A DNA stretch of 64,000 nt. Source: Octopus sinensis (taxonomy: Eukaryota). Below are positions 53,912 to 64,000 of the stretch, piece after piece. Every line of letters starts with the position of its first letter. The first letter of the stretch is position 1. The stretch is taken from positions 15,128,001 to 15,192,000 of the forward strand of contig NC_043004.1 of NCBI RefSeq assembly GCF_006345805.1. Direction: 5' to 3'. Position numbers and translations under genes: made by a program. The notes beneath the pieces are model-generated. The model was not told the DNA's origin. It did not search any database and saw nothing but the letters and a program-made list of their open reading frames with translations.

Positions 53912-54012
53912 ATCTTTTACTTGTTTCAGTCATTTAGACTAAGGCTGAGCTGGGGTACTGCCTTGAAAAGATTTAGTCGAATAAAAATACGCTAGGACTT
54001 AGATTTTGAAAG
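53912..54012 (-). mobile_element. SINE family 2 tail
   Basis: CTTTTACTTGTTTCAGTCATTTAGACT..GCTGGGGTACTGCCTTGAA..TTTAGTCGA. Confidence 0.75.
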
Positions 54013-54229
54013 CCGTCTCGATATTGTATGGGGATGTGAAGCATAGTTGTTTAACAAACTCGGACACAAAGACATATATTTCAATTCAATTTAATCACCA
54101 TGTTTTTCAGTAATTTTCCACCTCTAACATACTTTTTTCCCCACATCATAACGTACCCATAGGAAACTTGCCTGAAAACCCTGTGTACATATAAATGAAA
54201 CGCTGGCCCATGAGGCTGACTCGATCACA

Positions 54230-54395
54230 CATTTTTTTCTCCTTGTTTCTCTCCTTGTTTTTTTCTGTATTTCTTTCTGTGGAAGAGCGTAGTCTCGAAA
54301 GTTAAAATACTTTTTCAATTCTCGTACGTTATACTAATACATCTGTTTGTTTTCTACACTACCTGTCTTCGTCTTGTGTTTTTTTCGTGAATTCT

Positions 54396-54398
<3 letters not shown>
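54230..54398 (+). mobile_element. short PLE-type terminal repeat (degenerate HHR plus tail) ending at (TA)n
   Basis: CTTT-CTGTGGA-A-GAGcgtagtCTC-GAAA-GTTA...GTGAATTCTCC-(TA)n; homologous to 29361-29472 and 12671-12700. Confidence 0.7.
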
Positions 54399-54450
<52 letters not shown>

Positions 54451-56143
54451 TCACACATACATATGTATGTACATGCGCGCATATGCGATTTCTATGAGCA
54501 TTTTTACTTCTTTACTTTTTACTTTCTTCCCTTCGGTTTTTCCCCTTATTTACCGGTCATCTAATAGCTTGTTTTTCTTAATAACGGTCAATTACATTGT
54601 AATATCTCTTTGTTTAACGGTCATTTTCGTAGCTTTTTTCAATTACCTCGATAACTGACGAAACTCGGAGTCTTATTATGGCTACCGAATATCTATATAT
54701 ATATATATGTGTGTGTGCGTGTGTGAGTGTCTGTGTGTATGTGTGTGTGTGCACATACACACACATATATATGTGCACATAGTTTTATCGCCTTTAATCT
54801 TTGTCGTCTGTAGATCCCTTGAAGCTAACTTAAGACCAAAGACAAACAACCAGTAACAAACTTAACATCAATTATATATAAAACAATTTACTGCAGCGTC
54901 AGCTCTTTATTTCTCTTTCTTTTCATTATTATTTGCTCATTATCGTGTATTATTATAAATTCAGTGATTCACTTAATAAATAACTATGTATCTATTCAAT
55001 TATAAGTACATTTATTTATTAGTTTATTTTCATCATTATTTAGTAGCAGATCCATTTAATTATGAAATTCCTTGCTGAATTAATTATTCAAACAATCAAT
55101 TATTTATTTACATAAATATTAGAATTTTTTTTACAATCTCTTTGTATTTTAATCTCTCATTATTTATGCCATTAAATATGCATCTAGTTGTTAGATTTTA
55201 TTTTATTTGATGACGCAATTCTTAAACATATGATCTTGATCTTTTCGTTTACAAGTAATTCGCATAGAAAACCTCATTATATATTCATATTAATGCTGTC
55301 GACTGCAACTGAGAATTATATCTTCTGCTGTTTTTCGCCAAAGATTTCGCCAATATCAAGCTCATTATAAAATTCTTCAAGCTCATCAAATTGAACGTGT
55401 ATGTCTTTTTTCTTATATGTATTTACTAATACAAAGACAGTTTCGCTTTGGATTTATGAATGTCTTGATAGCAGCAGAATCACAGACGAGCGCTATGCAT
55501 AAGCATGTCGCATGAAGATTTGTGCTATACTCTTATCCAGCCTATTTAAACTATACTATGAAGCAGAGATGTATTGAATCAGAAGATTAGTTTACTCATT
55601 TTAGATGAAGACAATATAATGGTAACAAATGCAAGATTTGCAAGTCAGACTTGGTACAGCTTTCAACGTGTGTGATATTTACGCAAGAGCGTTTATTTCA
55701 CAATAATGCTGAAAAAGAATAAAAAAATAAAGTGAATGCACAATGATTGGATTTCGAAAGGGAACAAAATATATTATGTAACCATTTGCTGAATAATTTT
55801 CTAAATACCAAAAATATATCGTAAAGTCTAACAAATGATAAATGTGCAAACAGTCTGAATTGTGGACTAGAAGTGATATAGCATTAGTGATATAATGAAA
55901 TTGTGTTGTCTGTATAGAAACCAACTAATTAAACGCAACAGACTTAGAGCTTACCGCAATCATTTTATGTATTAAAATAGTTATATGTCCATAACGCAAC
56001 TAATGAAACCCACCTGAGCGTATAATTATATACGTATATATATTTATATAAGTATATGTATGAATGTATGTATGTATGCATGTATATATGTATATATATA
56101 TATATAAATTTATATATATATATATATAATATTATATATATAT

Positions 56144-56179
<36 letters not shown>

Positions 56180-56540
56180 AATATATACAGTTAAATAGAT
56201 AGATATATATTTATATGAATATATGTACATATATATGTATGTATATATATATATGTATATATATATGTATATATATATATATATGTTTGTATGAGTATAT
56301 GGACAGATAGAGACAGACAGACTGATAGAGGGAGAGAGAATAATGAAGAAGCGACAGATAAAGTATGTTTTGTAATTTTAATGAATTACAAATGAAGGGA
56401 ACCATAAAACTTAAAGTACGTTTGAGTTAGTTTCATTAGTTAATGCACACAGCGATTTCATTTCATAAAAATGTCGAGATAAGTTATATGACTTTTTGCT
56501 TTAATTAGATAACTTGTCTGCAGACACAAATTACCAGCAT

Positions 56541-56575
<35 letters not shown>

Positions 56576-56811
56576 TACGCATGTATATGTATATATGTAA
56601 TTGTGTTAATACACACTTACAAATACATACACAAACAGGCACACTGATACACACGCATTCGCACGCACATACACACACACATGCAAACACACACATACAA
56701 ATCACATCTATATCACATCAATACAGATTATTTTTACACGCCTATTTCTTCAGCTTCACCTGATGCTTTCTTCCCCACCAAACACCATTTTCTTTTGCTG
56801 TTTATTTAAAG

Positions 56812-56922
56812 AACCTCAACTTTCTAGACTTCAGCATTCCCGTGATTTCCGTGTCCGTGACCTATCTGAATTCCCGGAGGAAATTCTTGAGATATTCAGC
56901 AATGCATAATATAAATCCAATA
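56812..56922 (+). CDS. candidate exon, product unknown
   Basis: polypyrimidine tract plus AAG acceptor; phase 0 is open to an ATA|GTATGT donor (37 codons); phase 1 gives EPQLSRLQHSRDFRVRDLSEFPEEILEIFSNA*. Confidence 0.2.
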
Positions 56923-57640
56923 GTATGTTTACCGCCTTGTAGCTATGTATGAAGTACATATATGTTATCATACACATCTAATTAGACTAATCACACATTC
57001 ATTTAATCAAGTTTTATTTCTATATGATATATACATCTACGACGCTGTAATATATTTAAAGTTACAAGTGTATAATAACAACATATAATCCAACACAACC
57101 ATGTATTCATGCACGGATGTAGGTTTCTGTATGTGAGTATTTGTATGTTTTCGATAAGTGTGTAAGGAAATAAGTGTTATTTTCTTTATTCAAGAATTTT
57201 TCAGTTGATATGGCACTCTCACAACAGACAAATGTGGAAAAGTGAAAAGTTGTTTTACTTAATCTGGTGATGAACGATTAGAAATTTGCCTGTGTGTCTC
57301 CAGAGGTCTGTGTCTAATGAAAAAAACCCGCTGTTATCTATTAGTTTCATTTCAATGTGTATCTTATTTCTGACTCTGTAGCTACTTTAAATAGCTATTT
57401 ACACCCATGAAGCTTAGTTATTTAACCAGGTGTAATTGTGTGATAGTTTTATATTTATTTATTTTTTGTATGAGCACCCAAGATACGTTCCTCACATGTA
57501 CATGTGAAATTTGAAATATTTCAATTGCAACCTACGAAGTTTATTTAAAAATCAAATGTTTCCTGATAAAGATAAGCGTATAACATATTAAGCTCAGAAA
57601 CTGCTAAATAAATATTCATATTAGGAATATTTAACAAAAA

Positions 57641-57800
57641 CGGGGAGCTGGCAGAGACGATAGAGTATTGAAATAAAATGCTTTGGTTTATTTGTTCCAT
57701 CTGTTTGCGTTCCAATTAGACCGAGATCAACTTTACCGTTTATCCATTGGGGGGCTCGGTGATGTATAATATCTTTCAGATGTCGGGATCGATATAATCT
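57641..57800 (+). mobile_element. SINE family 1, old and diverged
   Basis: GGGGAGCTGGCAGAGACGATAG...GATCAACTTTACCGTTTATCCATT..GGGATCGATATAATC. Confidence 0.6.
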
Positions 57801-58008
57801 ATAAATGCAAAATTGCTTTCCTTGTGCCTAAATTATTATCGCTATTATTATTAAATCTATTTTATTACATATGAGAGGGGAGTTAACGTTTCATGGACAA
57901 GAGTGAGCATACTCGGAAATTCAGACAATTTCAGTAAAACCTTGTTCATTCTGTTAGAGCTAGTTATTAGAATGGCTAACGAAATACAGATTAGTATCCT
58001 AGAGACTG

Positions 58009-58312
58009 TGGAGGCACATGGCCTAGTGGGCAGAGCAGAGGACTAGCGGTCAAGGGTTCGCGGGTTCGAATCTCAGACCGGGCGATGTGTGTATTTATGA
58101 GCGAAACTCCTAAGCTCCACGTGGCTCTGGCAGAAGGTAATGGCGAACTGCTGCTGACTCTCTTTCGCCACAACATTCTCTCACTCTTTCGTCCTACATC
58201 ATGCAGCTCACTTGCGACGGACCGGAGTCCCGTCCAAGTGGGGAACCTATACGCCAACGAAACCGGGAAACAGGCCCTTATGAGCCAGCCGTGGCTCGAG
58301 AAGGAACAAACA
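58009..58312 (+). mobile_element. tRNA-headed SINE family 3, full length
   Basis: GGAGGCACATGGCCTAGTGG (A box)...GGGTTCGAATCTC (B box); body and tail shared with 60742-61064. Confidence 0.9.
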
Positions 58313-60008
58313 ACTGTTCCTTCTAAAGGATGAAACAATCGTACAGACAATGTATAATGTACTAACGAAAAAGGACGCAGTAAATTTTCGCATTTGAACG
58401 AAGCACAATTAATTATCTACTTAAAGACCAGTTTTGTTTCTGTATGTAACATCAATAGCAAAAATAAATAAATAAATAAATCCACGGATAGTATCCACAA
58501 ATGAATGTCGTATACACTACTTTTTTGGGAAAAGTATTTGTTTGCTTTTAAATTGGAATGGTTTAAATTTAAAATGACCCTTTATAAAATCAAAGAATTT
58601 ATTTAAAGTCTGGATTAGATAATGATTTATGTTATTGGAATAGGCACTAATTTAGACGTTACACAATGAATCTAGATAGTTGAAGTATCAACTCTCACTG
58701 CGTATGTGAACAAAAATCAGTAAAATAGTTTGAACGCTATTATCCGCCCACATTTTATGCAAACTCATTTTATACAATCTTTGCGTGAGTTTGAAAAATC
58801 GATCAGCTGAACCTAACATAACATTTATTGAAGATTCAAAGAACCAAAACGAAAGACTCTGAATGTCCCAGGAGATATAATACGTTGAATCAATTCTATT
58901 CAAGGATTCATTTAATCAGAAAAACCAATTTGCATAAATAAAATATAGTTGGCAGCTAATTTGATTACCAAATAACTGACATGTTACCAACAGTTCTTTA
59001 ATATTGCTATTCTGTCTACAAGAATATTATTCAACGGCAGTTGTCTACGATGTTTTATGTAGTTATGTTTAAATTATACAAGCAGTAATGACTGAAATCT
59101 ATAGATTTTTTTCTGTTGTACATTATAGAATTAAAAATGAACTCCGTTAACATATTCATAATTAATTTAGATATTGTACATGATAAGAAATATTGTAAAA
59201 TTATTTTTATATTAACCCTAATATCTTACGCCAATATGAATCAGTAACAGCTTTAATATGAAATGGCTATATCTGTCGATGTGCTTGTTTACTTTGACAT
59301 GAACAATTTCAGCAGTAAAGATTTTATTAGCTATATTCATTCGTTTGAATAGATTATTTGTCAACATCTAATGATCCATCTATTTTAAGCTGAACAACTA
59401 CAATCTCTCCCTCTACACGATCCAGACGGCATGCAATTAGCTTTGTATTTCCAATTTCTAGGATATATGGGAGTGAATGAGTGAATTCAAGTCTTGTGAC
59501 TTAGTTTTAATCAATGATACTTAAGCTAAAGTACAAAATTGTTCGTATGTTTTCTTTTCAAATTATTTCTTTATTCATCATTAGCTTGCTTATTGAGACA
59601 ACCATCCTGCTGTGTCAACGCTGACAGACGCTTTTGCGCGTTACGAGCTATATGAAAAGGTAAATCCGTTAAAGGAATAACGAAATGTCATTCAAAAGAT
59701 TCACTATATATTTATGAAAACAATTTCTGTGAGATATTGGAGATCGTTTACAAAGAACAATGTATCTTCTGATTTTATTTGTGAACTTCACCGTTAATGA
59801 TGGGTAAAATGTTTCTCCATCTTAAATAATGGAATAGAACGAACAAAACCTATCCAACATAGACGTCTTTATGTATCTAAAACATGATCCATTAATATTT
59901 GTTGATACATCAACAAAATAATTTGTCAGTAATAATGGATTATTAATGTAGTGTATATCTGTACATCTGTGCATATGTATGCGTGTGCTTATGTGCGTAA
60001 GTACATAC

Positions 60009-60064
<56 letters not shown>

Positions 60065-60076
60065 TATATATTATAT

Positions 60077-60107
<31 letters not shown>

Positions 60108-60121
60108 GATATATATATGTC

Positions 60122-60173
<52 letters not shown>

Positions 60174-60311
60174 CACGTAAATGTGTGTGCGCGCGTGTGT
60201 GTGTGTGTGTGCTTATGTGTATTTGTTTATGCCTGCTTTATGTAAAATCGAGCGACTAAAAACGTGTTATGACGACGGTGTGGGGCCTTGGGTTGAATTG
60301 TACTATATATA

Positions 60312-60542
60312 TTTCTTTACTGCCCACAAGGGGCTAAACATAGAGGGGACAAACAAGGACAGACTAAGGGATTAAGTCGATTACATCGACCCCAGTGCGA
60401 AACTGGTACTTTATTTATCGACCCCGAAAGGTTGAAAGGCAAAGTCGACCTCGGCGGAAATTGAATTCAGAACGTAGCGACAAACGTAATACTGCTGAGC
60501 ATTTCACCCGGCGTGCTAAAGTTTCTGCCAGCTCGCCGCCTT
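60312..60542 (-). mobile_element. SINE family 1, full length
   Basis: minus strand reads AAGGCGGCGAGCTGGCAGAAACTTTAGCACGCCGGG...GTCGACTTTGCCTTTCAACCTTTCGGGGTCGATAAATAAAGTACCAG. Confidence 0.92.
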
Positions 60543-60741
60543 GTTGAATTGTACTATTTAATATGAGGTATGAGTAAAATCATGACCTGAAATCTGTGTA
60601 GTATCTGTGTGAAATTCCAAGCAGAGCCATGGCGAAGAGTGTCATGCAAATTCCGCTTGGTTTGACCATTAGCTATACTCATTTACATACGCACTAATTT
60701 AATGAACATGACTTAAATATTGATGTTATTTTTCATTTATT

Positions 60742-60843
60742 TAAGCGCCCTTTTCAAGCCTAGCCAGGCTCATGTTTCTGTGGCGTATGTGTTCCCCCCA
60801 GCTGGACAGGAAGCCAGTCCATCGCAGCATTACTCAAGAAACA

Positions 60844-60889
<46 letters not shown>

Positions 60890-61064
60890 TAAAGTTGGGG
60901 CGAAAGAGTACAACAGGGGTCGTCACCACCCCCTACCGGAGCTTCGTGGATCTTTTAGGTGTTTTTGCTCAATAAACACACACAACACCCGGTCTGGGAA
61001 TCGAAACCGCGATCCTTCAACCACGAGTCCGCTGCCCTAACCACTGGGACATTGCGCCTCCACA
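60742..61064 (-). mobile_element. tRNA-headed SINE family 3 with internal (CT)n
   Basis: minus strand reads TGTGGAGGCGCAATGTCCCAGTGGTTAGGG...GGTTTCGATTCCCAGACCGGG. Confidence 0.9.
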
Positions 61065-61989
61065 AACATTGATTTTACTATGTGCAAACTTCACTTAAAC
61101 TATGCTGTTGATGTAAATTTCAAGTTTACACCTTCCTTCATTAGTTTGGAAAATAAATACCCTTTTCATAAAATATGGGAGATCTTGTAGCAAGTGGGTG
61201 TTGTTGACTTTTGGCAAATATTGTTTATTAAAGAGAAAAAACTTCTCTGAATAATGTCTTGTCCATCATTTTTGACTGAATAATGCAAATAAAAGTATAT
61301 TCTCTAACGTGTTAATATCTATTTTATAACCTTAGTTTGTGGTTTGAGGAAAATTTGGATGCTATTACTTGAAGAAGATATAACAATATGCAGTCTCCCT
61401 CATTAGATACTAAGTGAAACAGTTAAAAAGTACATGGCATATCTGAATGACGCCTATCCAATGATAACTTTTATGACGAAATAAGGAGCAACTTGAATAT
61501 GTCGCCACAATGTCGTGTCACAGTATTGCTTTCTGCATTTAATTGAGTAGGCGTTCTTCAGCAGCTGTGTACGAAGAAATTCATAGAAAATTGACATGTA
61601 AGATATATAGTTGTTTGGAATAAGATCTCAAACGAGCATAAAATAATTTTAAATGCAATATTATAGCGTTGTAATATATCTAGCTATGTACTTATGTGAT
61701 ATTATATAACTGTCTTATTCATTGCTCTAGTTCATTCATGCTTCCTCATTCACTGCCATTATAAGCAGACATAATAATATGTAGTGTGATATTTATACAC
61801 AAGCATACACACACGTATTTATAAATATACATATATATATATATAAATATATATATATGCATGTATATATAATTCATATATATATATATATACATACATA
61901 TATATATATATACATATATATATTATATATATATATATACAATTATTATTTGAGGGAATAAAATCAAACTTAAAAGATGTTTTTTTCTA

Positions 61990-62071
<82 letters not shown>

Positions 62072-63924
62072 TTCAGAATTATATGTTCATAAAAATGAAC
62101 ATATAGAAGCAGAGAGAGACACAAAAAAGGAATATTCCGTCCAACTTGCTACTTAATCAGAAACAATACAGAAAAGAATCTAATAGCACTGAAAGGTAGT
62201 GGCCCAACATGGGCTTGGCCCTGGAGGAATCCAATAAGACAATACAATAAAATTGCGTGTATATATAAATATATATATGTGTGTGTGGGTGTGTGTGTAG
62301 GAATGCATATATATATATATATATACATATGCATAAATCCATGTCCACCTATATACATGTATATATGTGGAGATACATTTCCTCATGTAAAACATACAAT
62401 ACTTTCCAAAAATACTAAATAACATGCATACGCTTGCACTCACACACCGACGTACACTCTAATCATACCCATAAATATACAAGTAAAAACAAATATACAC
62501 ATATGTAGATATATAGATCTATGTACAGAATACCATATTTCATATGACGAGCTTAAAGCTAGTATAAAAATCGCATTTCAAAAATTAGCAACGTTTCCCA
62601 AATTATCATACTGTAGCGACATGACGTGTTAAAAGAAAGTAATTGCTATAATTAAGTATAAATGCTAGGCATGTCTTATGAATATTTTAGTACTTTGTAA
62701 CCAATAATTGGTTTAAAGAATATCTCCAAACATTAGTGGTAATCAGTTAAATACTTCAATTACTTACTGGACATTGTTACAATTAAAAATAATTATTTCT
62801 TGATTAACGGCAATTATAATGCCGTGTATTTTAATTTGTATAAATTAACTGCAAATGTTTCGTTTTAATCTTCCGTTGTCAATTCCATAATATTCTATAA
62901 TTATGCGAATAGATTTTCTATTAGTCCAATAGTGTTTTTTTATTAAATGTCGAAATGGCGAAGTGAAGCCTTCAAACTAACGACGAGCTTGCATCTGTAT
63001 ATATACTTGTAACTGGAAGCATAAAATCAAAACCTTCGTAAAAACAAAATGTATTCGATCATAAACCTACACTATGATATAATAGCACTACCTTCATTAT
63101 CAATAACACACCACGGACATGTAAACCCAGAACGATCGGGGAGTGGTCAATGAAATATTCAAGAAATTTGATGTGGCATTGAACATATAAGTAAAACAGT
63201 ATTTTGCAGTTTCCCCATGGACTCATTAACTGCTGTTATTGCAAAACTGTATAGGCACAGAATATATTGAAATCACAGAGGAATTAATACAGAATGCTTA
63301 CACATTCTCTTGAATTGCCCATTAAAAAGGTTTAATTATGGAGACATTACTCTTGTCATAATACGATGTCATGATCAACTCGCAAACAACACATACATAA
63401 AACTATTAACACATAGTTACTGAGATACAGATCTAAGAGTTAAAAAGTTAACAGCGACAATCAAATATGGCTCGCGTATGGAATCTTTAGCGGAAACGTT
63501 TCCATGTAATAAGAAACATTTCAGTAGCTTAATGTATTAAGTTCTGGGAAAGGAGAAATTAAAGGCCTAGAAAGGTCAAGTATGAAATCTGGAACTTTAT
63601 TGTTCCAAACCAAATATTAAACACTAAAGAAACTACAAACCATCTAGAAAAAACGCATATATTCGAACACTGTCGTGTGTCCAACATCATTTCTGTAGCT
63701 GAAGGGAAGATAACCACTCCGAAACGCAAGTATATCACTGTGTGGTTAGCTAGTGCTGGGAGCTGACTCTGTGTTTGTACCCATATGTATCTACAGTGAG
63801 AAATTTTCTCTGTAACTAAATAGATTGTTTTTCTTACGGGATCCATAATGCGTCAGGCATATTTGAATGGTAGCAAGTTTGTATATATGCAGGCTTATAT
63901 ACGCTTACCTAATGCATACATAAT

Positions 63925-63995
63925 ACATACACACATACATACATACATACATACATACATACATACATACATACATACATACATACATACATGTA
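63925..63995. repeat. (ACAT)n microsatellite
   Basis: direct reading. Confidence 0.97.
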
Positions 63996-64000
63996 TATGA

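Noticed and set aside
58009-58085. tRNA-like sequences with A and B boxes (also at 26995, 47855, 61064)
   Set aside because: They continue into SINE bodies and do not form a complete cloverleaf; not tRNA genes

Overview
AT-rich, microsatellite-saturated eukaryotic DNA. The tRNA-derived SINE families and the repeat density look like an octopus (coleoid cephalopod) genome; this is inferred from recognition, not from a search. No intact protein-coding gene is identifiable, and most ORFs in the supplied track are translations of (TA)n, (CA)n, (ATCT)n or (ATT)n repeats. What can be supported: (i) three Penelope-like element (PLE) coding fragments, plus several hammerhead-ribozyme (HHR) motifs typical of PLE termini, two of them in inverted, microsatellite-bounded duplications (7.5 kb and 28-29.3 kb); (ii) four different R4/Dong-like RLE retrotransposon 3' ends stacked in one orientation inside a ~3.4 kb (TAA)n array; (iii) a decayed NeSL/R2-like RLE element, a near full-length and a partial mariner, a non-autonomous Helitron, a LINE 3' end and about 17 SINE copies; (iv) several low-confidence candidate exons, including a possible MRH-like luminal domain near 12.4 kb and a signal-peptide exon at 36.5 kb. 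Coordinates were counted by hand, and repeat boundaries are approximate (about +/-10 bp).
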